Shown here: in pieces, positions 1 to 8,940 of the stretch | Layout of the letters: each line of letters starts with the position of its first letter | Position numbering within the stretch: the stretch's first letter is position 1 | UHGV virus genome: UHGV-0123532 | Strand: one strand, 5' to 3' | Length of the DNA stretch: 19,427 nt | Source of the DNA: a virus | Translations under genes and position numbers: made by a program | The notes under the pieces: generated by a model | The model's database searches: none | What the model was told of the DNA's origin: nothing | What the model saw: only the letters and a program-made list of their open reading frames with translations

Positions 1-31
1 CTATGATTGGTTAGTAATAGAGTGTATCGGT

Positions 32-313
32 ATGCGATGTGGTTTATTAATGGCAATCTGCCTTTGTTTAGTATCTTTTAGCGGATATGCAGCAACAGGA
101 AAGTCTGATGCTCAGATCAAAAAAGAAATAATTAAAGAATCCATTGAATCTTATCCAGGCAATTGTGCGTGTCCTTATAATCATGCAAGGAATGGTAGTA
201 GATGTGGTGGACGCAGTGCATATAGCCGTAATGGAGGGTATGACGTGGTATGTTATGAGGGTGATGTTACCGATGAAATGATCCGGCAATGGAAGCAGGA
301 GAATGCTGAGTAA
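32..313 (+). CDS. hypothetical small secreted Cys-rich protein (93 aa; alternative start at 50)
   Basis: ORF from track; hydrophobic N-terminal segment (LLMAICLCLVSFSGYAA) followed by a polar region with 5 Cys; AT-rich compared with the prophage backbone; no family recognised by eye. Confidence 0.4.
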   Translation: MRCGLLMAICLCLVSFSGYAATGKSDAQIKKEIIKESIESYPGNCACPYNHARNGSRCGGRSAYSRNGGYDVVCYEGDVTDEMIRQWKQENAE

Positions 314-390
314 TCTCTTTTAACAGGTTTGTTGTGCGAGCATTATGTGCCGTTAACGGTACACTAGCTAGTGATAGTTCCAAAAAGAAA

Positions 391-423
391 ACCCGCAGTT
401 CTTACGCTGCGGGTTTGTTGTTC
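391..423. terminator. bidirectional intrinsic-terminator-like hairpin
   Basis: Stem acccgcag (391-398) pairs with ctgcgggt (407-414), 8-nt loop; A-run 381-390 upstream and T-rich 415-423 downstream, so it can terminate the plus-strand small ORF and the minus-strand hok transcript. Confidence 0.45.
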
Positions 424-501
424 ATGTCTGTGAGATAGGGTGCCACTTCAGCCAACCTTAGCAACCGATTGACGGGGGATTGCTCCCCCGTCGCGGTTTC
501 C

Positions 502-642
502 TTACTGCTTACACTGTAAGAACGCCGCAAACTCCGCTCCCCAGAAGCTCATCCGTATTTCACACAGCGAACCGTGTAGCATCCAGATGATGAGGATTAC
601 CGTCACGCAGAACGTGATGGCCGTAAGCGATTTTTGCGACAT
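502..642 (-). CDS. hok: Hok/Gef-family type I toxin, 46 aa (MSQKSLTAITFCVTVILIIWMLHGSLCEIRMSFWGAEFAAFLQCKQ)
   Basis: Hand-translated minus-strand ORF (below the 60-aa cutoff of the track); ATG at 640-642 preceded by AAGGAG; single TM helix plus conserved SLCE and AAFL-CK motifs, collinear with HokA-type toxins as remembered. Confidence 0.7.
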   Translation of the reverse strand: MSQKSLTAITFCVTVILIIWMLHGSLCEIRMSFWGAEFAAFLQCKQ

Positions 643-671
643 AGCGCTTGCTCCTTTGTTGGAGAGGCGCT
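643..671 (-). promoter_or_regulatory. stem-loop in the hok leader that pairs the Shine-Dalgarno with an upstream anti-SD
   Basis: Minus-strand RNA AGCGC-CUCUCC-AACAAA-GGAG-CAAGCGCU-AUG: outer arms agcgc/gcgcu and inner CUCC/GGAG are complementary; this matches the known translational control logic of hok mRNAs. Confidence 0.4.
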
Positions 672-833
672 AACCTATCACTTGCTTAAGGTAGATATGT
701 TAGGGCCTCGGTTAAACAGAAATGTTTTCCGGGGCCTTTCCACATCTGGCCTTCGGGTATTCCCTCCGACCATCAGCCGAAAGGCACCCGCGCGTAATCT
801 ATCGCTTTTTTGTTACTCCGGCAATTCTGCCTG

Positions 834-1094
834 TTAATTCTGAGGTAAAGGCAAACTCATCTGATTGTTTCCCCTGTGTGAAGCTGGCAGCTCATGCCAC
901 GGGATACCTTCTGAAGAGTGAACGCCGGAGGTGTGTTTTGATGTGAATTTATGGAAAGCTTCCAGTGTTGAGAAGCATACGCCGCATTCCAGGTTGTTAC
1001 ACTGGTAATACTTTTGCCGCACGGTGTTTGAATCATTTTCCGGACGACTGGTGCGGATACGGGCAGATGCGCCACAAAGCGGACAACGGAACAT
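834..1094 (-). CDS. ogr: Ogr/Delta-family zinc-finger late transcription activator
   Basis: MFRCPLCG...YYQCNNLECGVCF has the CxxC...CxxxxC pattern and resembles P2 Ogr (MFHCPLCQH...YHQCQNVNCSATF); RBS AAGGGAGG 6 nt upstream; lies directly downstream of D as in P2. Confidence 0.8.
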   Translation of the reverse strand: MFRCPLCGASARIRTSRPENDSNTVRQKYYQCNNLECGVCFSTLEAFHKFTSKHTSGVHSSEGIPWHELPASHRGNNQMSLPLPQN

Positions 1095-1136
1095 AGCGAC
1101 CTCCCTTAACGTTGTGCTGCTGCTATTCTAAGTTGC

Positions 1137-2246
1137 TCACTCTGTTTCTGCTATCCATTCCGGGATTTTTGCCTCAAGCTCAAGCTGCGTGGTAAAGCCG
1201 CTGTTATCGATGGTGTGCTCGGCTTTTGCAATAATCCAGTCCTGATTATCAATCTCGCTTTTAAATCCTGTTACCGTGCCATGCATTTCGGGGTAGAGTT
1301 CTGCACGACCACATGCCAGCGTGATGGAGAATGATGCGGCTCCGCGTTGTAGCTGCTGCCACTTTGCCGCCGCTGCGCGTCTTGCTGCCTGCTCGTTCTG
1401 ATAAGTCTTGCGTAACACAAACACATTGCCTTCCGCGCCTTCCATATAATCACCTTCGCGGCTGCTGCTTTTCTCCTTTTTGGGTTTTGGCGGTTTGCGG
1501 TGTTTCACGCTGACTTTTTTCTTTTTCCCGTAATTAAGATCAAGCCAGTAAGCGCGTACCCCCGTATACGCTTCGCGGTCAGCAATGCGGAACTGATGGC
1601 GATCGCCACTGCTGCGCGTGATGGCGAACGATGGCAACGGCTGGCCCTGTGCGTTCACGCCACCGCCTGGCATAATGAATAACAGATTACCGCTTTTTAC
1701 CGTGGTGATTGCGCCCAGCATTTCCGCCATGCGCGTAAGGAAGGACATGTCGCTTTCTTCGGTCTGGTCGGCGTGGTCGATTTCGATATCCATCAGCATT
1801 TCGCTGATTTGCGGTTTCAGACCATACCGATGAGCGATGGCGGATACCACACGCTCAACGGTCACATCATGCCAGGACACCTCACGTTTAACGTTAAATT
1901 CATCCCGAAAATCTGCGCTTCTGGCTGAAACAGTCAGCCTGTCCGGCGGTCCTTCGTGAGCGATTTCATCAACAATGTAAGTGCCTTTTTCTGTCAGCGG
2001 TTCTCCTTTCCAGCCAATGAGAACCGTCAGGCGCGCGCCCCGTGGCGGTAGCTGCAACTGACCATCCGCATCATCCAGCGTGATGGTGAGCTGGTCCGCG
2101 TCAAATCCCCGGTTGTCGGTCAGTGACAGGCTCATCAGGCGCTCTGCCACGCCTGACAGCGTTTTACCCTCCGCGAGAATATCAAAATCCGGCATTTTCA
2201 CGGGGTCTGTGCCCTGACTGAGCAATTGCATGGTGGTATCGGTCAT
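1137..2246 (-). CDS. D: P2 gpD-like tail protein (late gene D), about 370 aa
   Basis: Long ORF from track; start chosen at internal ATG 2244-2246 (MTDTTMQLL...) with GGAGGG RBS; identity by resemblance to remembered P2 gpD and by synteny with ogr. Confidence 0.8.
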   Translation of the reverse strand: MTDTTMQLLSQGTDPVKMPDFDILAEGKTLSGVAERLMSLSLTDNRGFDADQLTITLDDADGQLQLPPRGARLTVLIGWKGEPLTEKGTYIVDEIAHEGPPDRLTVSARSADFRDEFNVKREVSWHDVTVERVVSAIAHRYGLKPQISEMLMDIEIDHADQTEESDMSFLTRMAEMLGAITTVKSGNLLFIMPGGGVNAQGQPLPSFAITRSSGDRHQFRIADREAYTGVRAYWLDLNYGKKKKVSVKHRKPPKPKKEKSSSREGDYMEGAEGNVFVLRKTYQNEQAARRAAAAKWQQLQRGAASFSITLACGRAELYPEMHGTVTGFKSEIDNQDWIIAKAEHTIDNSGFTTQLELEAKIPEWIAETE

Positions 2247-2403
2247 CTGTTCCCTCCCTGTGCGGCATGGTCGCATGTGCGTGCGGAGGGGGTTACTGCT
2301 TTTTGTTGTCGCCGGATCGGGAGAACGGCACAGGGGTGAGATTACGCGCGTGGTGGGTGATGATTGTTGCCGAATCATTTAACGGATACAAGGGGCTAAA
2401 GCT

Positions 2404-3291
2404 ATGAGTGAAACTCGTTTTCATGGTGCCCGTGTTACGGAAAATACCGACCTGGTAACAGCGATTAACGATGTTGATTCCAGCGTTATCGGTATCGTGG
2501 CAACGGCGGATGATGCGGACGCGAAGCTGTTCCCGCTGAACAAGCCCACACTGCTGACCCGCGTCAATGACGTGCTGGGAAAATGCAGGACAACGGGGAC
2601 GCTTTATCGTGCGCTTAAGGCCATCGCAGACCAGGTGAGCACAAAGGTGATCGTCGTTCGCGTGGCTGAACACAAAGAAGAAGACGGAAAGACGCAGGAT
2701 CAACTGGTTATCGGTGGTTCTGAATCTGACGGCAGCTATACGGGGATGTATGCGCTGCTTGTTGCAGAGCAGGATGAAAGCATCGGATACCGTCCGCGTA
2801 TTCTGGCCGCGCCGGAGCTGGACACGGAGGCGGTGACAAAATCCCTGTGCGTGATTGCGGGTAAACTGCGCGCGTTTGTGTATGCCTCATGTCACGGCTG
2901 TAACACGATGGCTGAGGTGATTACCTACCGCCAGAAATTCAACGAACGTGAGGTGATGCTCTTATGGCCGGACTTCATCGCCTACAACCCGAAAAGTGGC
3001 AAAAACGAAACGTTCCCCGCGCCTGCCTATGCGTGCGGCCTTCGTGCGTACATTGACCATGAGCAGGGATGGCACAAATCACTGTCCAACGTTCCGGTTA
3101 AAAATGTGCTGGGGATGTCCAGGCATGTGTTCTGGTCGTTGCAGGCCGAAGACAGCGATGCCAACAGCCTCAACAACAAAGAAATCACGACCATTATTCG
3201 TCGCAACGGGTTCCGCTTCTGGGGCAACCGCACACCGGAAACGAACGCCTACATCTTTGAGGTGTATGCCGGAACATCGGCCAGCGTCTGA
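2404..3291 (+). pseudogene. FI: tail sheath protein FI, C-terminally truncated fragment (295 aa of about 396)
   Basis: Clear collinear similarity to P2 FI (TFPLNKP, LRAF-Y, WPDF-A, EQGWHK-LSNV, LIRR-GFRFWGNRT) ending near P2 residue 300; on the opposite strand to D/L/M/N and converging with the L-like ORF. Confidence 0.75.
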
Positions 3292-3608
3292 TGGCCAGCC
3301 GCCTGCTGTTCCTGCTGCCACGCTTCCAGTTCGCGGGTAACGTGAGCCACGGCCCCAGTGGCGGTATGCAGCAGGCGGGAGGTGGTCACGCGGCCCGGCA
3401 GTCGTACCGCCAGACGCAGCTCGCGCAGCACAATATCCGGCCAGAATGCACCTGCTGAAATGCGAGTGTCGCCATCATCGGTATCGGTGATGTCGTCCTC
3501 TGCGGGTCCTGGTTCAGTTCTGGCAACCATACTCATGGAGTTCACTCCTGAAAAAAAATCGGGCGGTGGGTGCGCGGTGTAAACGGTCACGGAGTCAAAC
3601 CGGAACAC
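3249..3608 (-). pseudogene. putative truncated head completion protein (gpL-like), GTG start
   Basis: Assigned only by position (starts 31 bp after the M stop, as L follows M in P2); its last ~14 codons (3249-3291) are antisense to the FI fragment, so the native reading frame is probably cut at the junction; P2 L is about 169 aa. Confidence 0.3.
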
Positions 3609-3639
3609 CGCGCACGCCGCCCGCTGACGGGGTCAGTCG

Positions 3640-4440
3640 TTAACCGCGCTTCGCCTTCTGCGACGCGGTGGTTTTTCGTGTTGCAGGCTTCTGCGTTGTC
3701 TTTTTACTTTTGCTGCTTTCGTCCTGCGTCTGCTGTGCGCTGGCGTCTTCTGGTGCGGCTGCGGAATCGGCTTTTTTCAGGGCGCGGGAAAGGGTTGCAA
3801 TCTCGCGTTTCACACCTGCGTTCGGGTTCAGGTGCATCGCTTCGCGCAGCAGCTTCAGTGATGAGGCCATGTTGTCTGCATCGGTCAGGCCACGACGGGC
3901 AAAGGCACACGCCTTGCATAATTTGGCGCGCACTTCGTCCGGCATGTCCTGGTTGGCGACAATTTCCCAAAGTGTGTCCAGTGGTTCGATAAAGGCGGAT
4001 AAATCCGCGTCGGCATCCGTCCCGGCCTGCGTCAGTACCGGGTTGCAGATTTCTTCGGTCAGTACCGTGGCAGCAGTACGGCCAAAGTTATCCGGCATGA
4101 TGAGGTTGTGACGGACCACATATGCACCAATACGCAGCGCCAGCGGAAGATCGCCGCAGTCAATCGCCCACACCATCAGCGTGGCAATTACTTCGTCCTG
4201 TTGCCCGCCGTCAGTCTCCAGCGTTCCCTCAATCCAGCCGGAAAAGTCCGGCAACAACTCTTTTTTGATGGCGGCTTTCGCGCTTCTGGCCTGTACGCCC
4301 TTTAGCCTGGCCTGTGCCAGACGCAGACGATACAGCACCTCTTCATGCGCGGTACGCGCGGCGTGGTCCACACCTTCATTCGCCCGGCCTGCGCGCTGTG
4401 CCATCACGTTCTGCCAGTGTTGTTGTGCAGGAGTAATCAT
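3640..4440 (-). CDS. M: terminase small (endonuclease) subunit, gpM-like
   Basis: 266-aa ORF with GGAGAG RBS; similar to remembered P2 gpM (PAQ-H, DMPDEVRAKL, basic Lys/Arg-rich tail); synteny N-M. Confidence 0.8.
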   Translation of the reverse strand: MITPAQQHWQNVMAQRAGRANEGVDHAARTAHEEVLYRLRLAQARLKGVQARSAKAAIKKELLPDFSGWIEGTLETDGGQQDEVIATLMVWAIDCGDLPLALRIGAYVVRHNLIMPDNFGRTAATVLTEEICNPVLTQAGTDADADLSAFIEPLDTLWEIVANQDMPDEVRAKLCKACAFARRGLTDADNMASSLKLLREAMHLNPNAGVKREIATLSRALKKADSAAAPEDASAQQTQDESSKSKKTTQKPATRKTTASQKAKRG

Positions 4441-4457
4441 TTTTTCTCTCCGTTACA

Positions 4458-4476
4458 GGCGGGCATGATGCCCGCC
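4458..4476. other. perfect palindrome/hairpin between N and M (ggcgggcat-g-atgcccgcc)
   Basis: Seen directly; GC-rich 9-bp arms; no U-tract on the minus strand, so more likely an mRNA processing or stability element than a strong terminator. Confidence 0.35.
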
Positions 4477-4485
4477 GTGAGTTGA

Positions 4486-5538
4486 TTAGCTGTCGGCGAA
4501 CTTCAGGCCAGTGATCATCGCGCACTTGCCATAGTCTTCAACGACATAAGCGTCATTGATGGACTGGTAGGTGGCGATGCGGTTGTATTCCGGCTCGTCT
4601 TTCATCAGGCGACGCATTGAACCTTTCTGCCAGTAAATCGACAGGTTGTTGAACGAGGTGATAAGCATCGTTGCATCCGGGAAGAACGGCGCAAGGAACA
4701 CGCCCAGCCCGCCAATGGTGCGCGATGACAGGATGAGCTGCCCGGCAAGTAATTCCGCATTGGGATTCTGGCCGCTGATGCTGTTCAGCACGGGCAGACG
4801 CAGCGAGTTAAACAGGTTGCGCCCCATAATCACCGCGAGGTCGTCAGCTTCCTTGTGCCATTCATCCAGCAGGGATGAGCGCGCATCCTGTACCAGAGCA
4901 TCGGCATTCGCATACTTACCCGCGTGCGCCACAGTGTTGTCCATGTTGCGGGAGGTCAGCGTCACGTCATTCATTACGCGCTCGCTGGCATCGGTTCTGA
5001 TGTGCTCCAGCCAGCCCACGTTAACGTCCTGAAGCAGCTTGTTGGTGTGAAAATCAGACTCGTAGGCGTGGGATGTGCCGTTAAAGCCAATCATGATGCG
5101 ATCAAGCGCTACCTGCCGGGCGATCTGTGTACTGATACGGGACTGAAAATCGCTGTGGGCCGCCCAGGTATCAAGCTGTGGGTACGAAATAAAGGTATCG
5201 TAGTTCACCTGTTCGCACTGGTACTGACGAGACTTCATATCGATCACGTTATTCGGGTTACGGCGTTTGATGCCGTCATAACTGCTATTCGTGCGCGCAA
5301 TTGGCCCGGTGGTGTCCAGGAGGATTTTTTCGCCTTTCTGGTCGGTCACGCCGATCACGTTAATTCTTTTCGTAAATTCGGTACTTTCCTTTGAGGCGTT
5401 TTCAAAACGCTGCTGCACCGCGGGTTCCACGGTAAATCGCGATACCAGTGCAGATACCGGGATATTGTTAAGCGACGCCTGCTGCGCCATATAGCAACCC
5501 AGCTTGTTGCGGGTAATATCTGACATCACCAGATTCAT
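4486..5538 (-). CDS. N: major capsid protein, gpN-like
   Basis: 350-aa ORF; AGGAG RBS 10 nt before ATG at 5536-5538; collinear similarity to P2 gpN (FTVEP, IGFNG, GWL, LSIYW, YVVEDY). Confidence 0.9.
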   Translation of the reverse strand: MNLVMSDITRNKLGCYMAQQASLNNIPVSALVSRFTVEPAVQQRFENASKESTEFTKRINVIGVTDQKGEKILLDTTGPIARTNSSYDGIKRRNPNNVIDMKSRQYQCEQVNYDTFISYPQLDTWAAHSDFQSRISTQIARQVALDRIMIGFNGTSHAYESDFHTNKLLQDVNVGWLEHIRTDASERVMNDVTLTSRNMDNTVAHAGKYANADALVQDARSSLLDEWHKEADDLAVIMGRNLFNSLRLPVLNSISGQNPNAELLAGQLILSSRTIGGLGVFLAPFFPDATMLITSFNNLSIYWQKGSMRRLMKDEPEYNRIATYQSINDAYVVEDYGKCAMITGLKFADS

Positions 5539-5561
5539 AAAAAATTTGCTCCTTTGTCTTA

Positions 5562-5938
5562 TCAGAAGTCAGCCAGCTGGTCGGAGGCTGCGCCCGTTGC
5601 GGTGAAGCGGTTCTGCGGATCGCCGTCCTGTGTGCGCAGTTTTTCCTTCAATGCTGTCAGCTCTGTGGTCAGTGACGTGATTTTCTGGCGGTCCTGCTGA
5701 TGGCGGGTTCCGTAATATCTTCCGTACTCAGCGCGGTGACATCGCCCATTGCGGAAAATTCGCTTGACGGGCATGGCGAGAGATAGTGCTCAACGTTCAC
5801 GCGGGCAGCGTAAACATCCGGGTTGAAGTTCTCGGCGGCTTCACGCAGATGTACCTGGCTGATTTCGCGGCCATCAACAGTTGATCCGGAGACAGCCACG
5901 CGAAACTTTTTGCGGGATGTCTTTTTTTCATTAGCCAT
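5562..5938 (-). pseudogene. O: capsid scaffold gpO-like, internally deleted and frameshifted
   Basis: N-terminal piece (MANEKKTSRKKFRVAVSGSTVDGREISQVHLREAAENFNPDVYAARVNVEHY..GDV) in one frame and C-terminal piece (TELTALKEKL...ATGAASDQLADF) in another; total locus about 377 bp against about 855 bp for P2 O. Confidence 0.6.
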
Positions 5939-6092
5939 AGTTTTTGCCCCTCTGACTGGTTCTTCAGTCATGATGGCAAAGCGTAACAGGCTGATAAAAA
6001 GGGCTTTTGTTGTAAGAAAACGGCCAGAACAGGGGGTTAAGGAGAACGGTTTCGCGCGCGGGTAATCTTCCTGTAATTACTCAGGGGGAGCA
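5939..6092. promoter_or_regulatory. divergent late-promoter region between O and P
   Basis: By synteny with P2 (divergent P and O operon promoters); no convincing TGT-N12-ACA Ogr dyad found by eye, so assigned by position only. Confidence 0.35.
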
Positions 6093-7844
6093 ATGATTCA
6101 GGACGCTTTTGTGCGCCAGCGTGCGCGGCAACTTTACTGGCAGGGTTATCCGCCCGCAGAAATATCACGTCTGATGGGAATAAACCCGAACACGATTTAT
6201 GCGTGGAAAAAACGCGACCAGTGGGATGAAACGCCACCCGTGCAGCGTGTCACGCAGTCCATCGATGCGCGCCTCATCCAGCTTACTGAAAAACAGAATA
6301 AAACAGGCGGTGACTTTAAGGAAATTGACCTGCTGACCCGGCAGCTTAAAAAAATGCATGATGGCCAGCCGGATGCGACGGCCACAGGAAAGAAAGGCCG
6401 GGCGAAAAAACTCAAAAATCATTTCACGCCGGAACAGATTGCCGCACTGCGGGAAAAAATCATCAGCAGGCTGGAGTGGCATCAGCGGGGCTGGTTTGAC
6501 TCCCTGACCCTTTGCAGGGAAGCCGGGATACGTAACAGGATGATCCTGAAATCCCGACAGATTGGCGCGACCTGGTATTTTGCACAGGAAGCACTGCTGA
6601 TGGCGCTGCGTGACGATGTGGCGCAACCTTACCAGCGTAACCAGATTTTTTTGTCTGCGTCGCGTCGTCAGGCGTTCCAGTTTAAAAGCATTATTCAGAA
6701 GGCTGCGGCTGAAGTTGATGTGGAGCTGAAAGGGGGCGATAAAATCATCCTCTCCAACGGCGCAGAGCTGCATTTTCTCGGCACTTCTGCTGCGTCGGCG
6801 CAGTCCTATACGGGCAATTTTTATTTTGATGAATTTTTCTGGGTCAGTCGCTTTGCTGAACTGCGCAAGGTGGCTGGCGCTATGGCAACCCTCAGCGGAT
6901 TGCGGCGCACCTACTTCTCCACGCCATCCACCGAAACGCACGAAGCATACGCCTACTGGAACGGCGACCGCTGGAACGAGAAAAAGGCCACACATAAACG
7001 CCAGCGTTTTTCTGTGGACTGGAAAACACTGCATAACGGGCTTATCTGCCCTGACCGGACGTGGCGGCAAATTGTCACGCTGGAAGATGTGGTTAATCAC
7101 GGCTGGAAACACACCGATATCGACGAAATTCGTGATGAAAACACCGAAGACGAGTTCCTCAATCTCTATATGTGTGAGTTTGTCCGCGAAGGGGAATCGG
7201 CATTTAACCTGAATATCCTGATTGGCTGCGGTGTTGACGGATACGACGACTGGAAAGACTGGAAACCTTTTGCTCCCCGCCCGATGGGGAATCGTCCGGT
7301 ATGGATTGGGTATGACGCAAACGGCAGCAGTGGCAACGGCGACAGCGGCGCTGTGTCCGTGGTGGTTCCTCCGGCTGTTCCTGGTGGCCGTTTTCGAACG
7401 GTGGAGACGCGACGCGTTCAGGGGCTGGAGTTTGAAGAACAGGCCAGAGTCATTGAAGATTTCACGTATCGCTACAACGTGGAACACATCGGCATTGATG
7501 TGACGGGCGGGAACGGGGAGGCTGTTTATCAGATAGTGAAACGGTTTTTCCCTGCCGCTATTCCGTACACCTTCACGCTGTCATCAAAACGGTCGCTTGT
7601 ACTGAAAATGCTGCAAATAATGCGTGCCGGGCGGTGGGAATACGATCGCGCCGAACGCGAGCTGGTCGCGGCCTTTAACGCCGTGCGTAAGGTGAAAACA
7701 CCGGGCGGCTTTATCACTTACGAAACGGACCGCGCGAGGGGGATCAGCCACGGCGACCTTGCGTGGGCAACCATGCTTGCTGTCATTAACGAACCAATTG
7801 GCGGCGAAGGAGAAAACGAGCGTTTCACGGTTATGGAGTTCTGA
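6093..7844 (+). CDS. P: terminase large (ATPase) subunit, gpP-like
   Basis: 583-aa ORF, length and position match P2 gpP; stop overlaps the Q start (TGATG at 7842-7846). Confidence 0.85.
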   Translation: MIQDAFVRQRARQLYWQGYPPAEISRLMGINPNTIYAWKKRDQWDETPPVQRVTQSIDARLIQLTEKQNKTGGDFKEIDLLTRQLKKMHDGQPDATATGKKGRAKKLKNHFTPEQIAALREKIISRLEWHQRGWFDSLTLCREAGIRNRMILKSRQIGATWYFAQEALLMALRDDVAQPYQRNQIFLSASRRQAFQFKSIIQKAAAEVDVELKGGDKIILSNGAELHFLGTSAASAQSYTGNFYFDEFFWVSRFAELRKVAGAMATLSGLRRTYFSTPSTETHEAYAYWNGDRWNEKKATHKRQRFSVDWKTLHNGLICPDRTWRQIVTLEDVVNHGWKHTDIDEIRDENTEDEFLNLYMCEFVREGESAFNLNILIGCGVDGYDDWKDWKPFAPRPMGNRPVWIGYDANGSSGNGDSGAVSVVVPPAVPGGRFRTVETRRVQGLEFEEQARVIEDFTYRYNVEHIGIDVTGGNGEAVYQIVKRFFPAAIPYTFTLSSKRSLVLKMLQIMRAGRWEYDRAERELVAAFNAVRKVKTPGGFITYETDRARGISHGDLAWATMLAVINEPIGGEGENERFTVMEF

Positions 7845-8890
7845 TGAGCAGAAAAAATAAAAAAGTGCGCATGAGTTCACGCATTGATCTCGCTGATGCA
7901 CTCAGGAAAGAATCGTCGCTCAGTGCATTCACTTTTGATGGTCCTTATCGCCTGACCGGGCATGATTTGCTGGACAATATGTACTGTGCTGATAACGGGC
8001 GGTGGTATGAAACCCCGGTGGACTGGTACGGTCTGGCAAGAGCCGCCCGGCAAACGTCCTGGCATCAGTCTGCGCTTTACTTTAAGCGCAATGTATTGCT
8101 CGGTTGCTACATCCCGCACCCGCTGCTTTCCCGGCAGGATTTCTCGGCACTGGCGCTGGACTGGTTTGTGTTCGGTAACGCATTCCTTGAGCTTCGAAGC
8201 AATATGCTCGGCGAACCGCTTAAATTACGGCACGCCCTGGCGAAATACATACGACGCGGAAGCGATCTTGAATCATGGTGGTATGTGCAGGATGGCAAGG
8301 ATGCGTTCCAGTTTCGCCCTGGCAAAGTGTGCCACCTGATGAATCCTGACATTAACCAGGAAATCTACGGCATGCCGGAATATCTCGGCGCATTACTCTC
8401 GGCCAGCCTGTCTCATTCGGCGGACATGTTCAGAAAACTGTATTACGACAACGGATCCCACGCCGGGTGCATCATCTACATCGGTGCAGCGCAGGTAAAC
8501 CGCGAAAGCATGGACTCTCTGAAAGAAACGCTACAGGGTGCACGTGGTGGCGGTGCGTTTAAAAACGTGCTCATTCATGCGCCCAACGGGGGCAAAGAGG
8601 GGGTGCAAATTTTGCCGTTCCAGCAGATCACCGCAAAGGATGAGTTCATGAATGTTAAGGCGGCATCCCGTGATGATGTGCTGGCTGCGCACCGCGTTCC
8701 GCCGCAACTAATGGGGGCGATGCCGGGTGAAAAAAGTGCGTTTGGTGATGTGGAGAAGGCCGCGCGGGTTTACGCAATTAACGAGCTGATGCCCATCATG
8801 GAGGCCATGAAGCACATCAATGACTGGCTTGGCGAAGAGGTGATCCGCTTTAACCCTTACGCACTGTTAGATACCCAGCTCACATCCTGA
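7844..8890 (+). CDS. Q: portal (capsid vertex) protein, gpQ-like
   Basis: 348-aa ORF translationally coupled to P; length and position match P2 gpQ. Confidence 0.85.
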   Translation: MSRKNKKVRMSSRIDLADALRKESSLSAFTFDGPYRLTGHDLLDNMYCADNGRWYETPVDWYGLARAARQTSWHQSALYFKRNVLLGCYIPHPLLSRQDFSALALDWFVFGNAFLELRSNMLGEPLKLRHALAKYIRRGSDLESWWYVQDGKDAFQFRPGKVCHLMNPDINQEIYGMPEYLGALLSASLSHSADMFRKLYYDNGSHAGCIIYIGAAQVNRESMDSLKETLQGARGGGAFKNVLIHAPNGGKEGVQILPFQQITAKDEFMNVKAASRDDVLAAHRVPPQLMGAMPGEKSAFGDVEKAARVYAINELMPIMEAMKHINDWLGEEVIRFNPYALLDTQLTS

Positions 8891-8917
8891 CGCGCTTCGC
8901 TTGTCTGCTGCTTCGCC

Positions 8918-8940
8918 GGGGCATAAAAAATTTATGCCCC
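8918..8940. terminator. hairpin downstream of Q (ggggcataaa-aaa-tttatgcccc)
   Basis: Perfect 10-bp stem with 3-nt loop starting 28 bp after the Q stop; no clean U-tract, so a weak or factor-assisted terminator. Confidence 0.4.

Noticed and set aside
643-833. tRNA or tmRNA attachment site next to ogr
   Set aside because: No tRNA-like cloverleaf or T-loop motif recognised by eye; the region is better explained as the hok leader
857-1075. 72-aa minus-strand ORF overlapping ogr
   Set aside because: Alternative frame of the same locus; the 86-aa frame carries the Ogr zinc-finger motif and a strong RBS
3570-4111. Plus-strand ORFs of 140 and 147 aa
   Set aside because: Antisense to the terminase small subunit gene M; Arg/Ser/Cys-rich junk translation
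5939-6092. Ogr-type TGT-N12-ACA dyad in the late promoter regions (also 2300-2403)
   Set aside because: Candidate TGT and ACA triplets are at the wrong spacing (15-20 nt); not called
6165-7487. 440-aa minus-strand ORF
   Set aside because: Lies entirely antisense within the well-supported terminase large subunit gene P; long antisense ORFs are expected in GC-rich coding DNA
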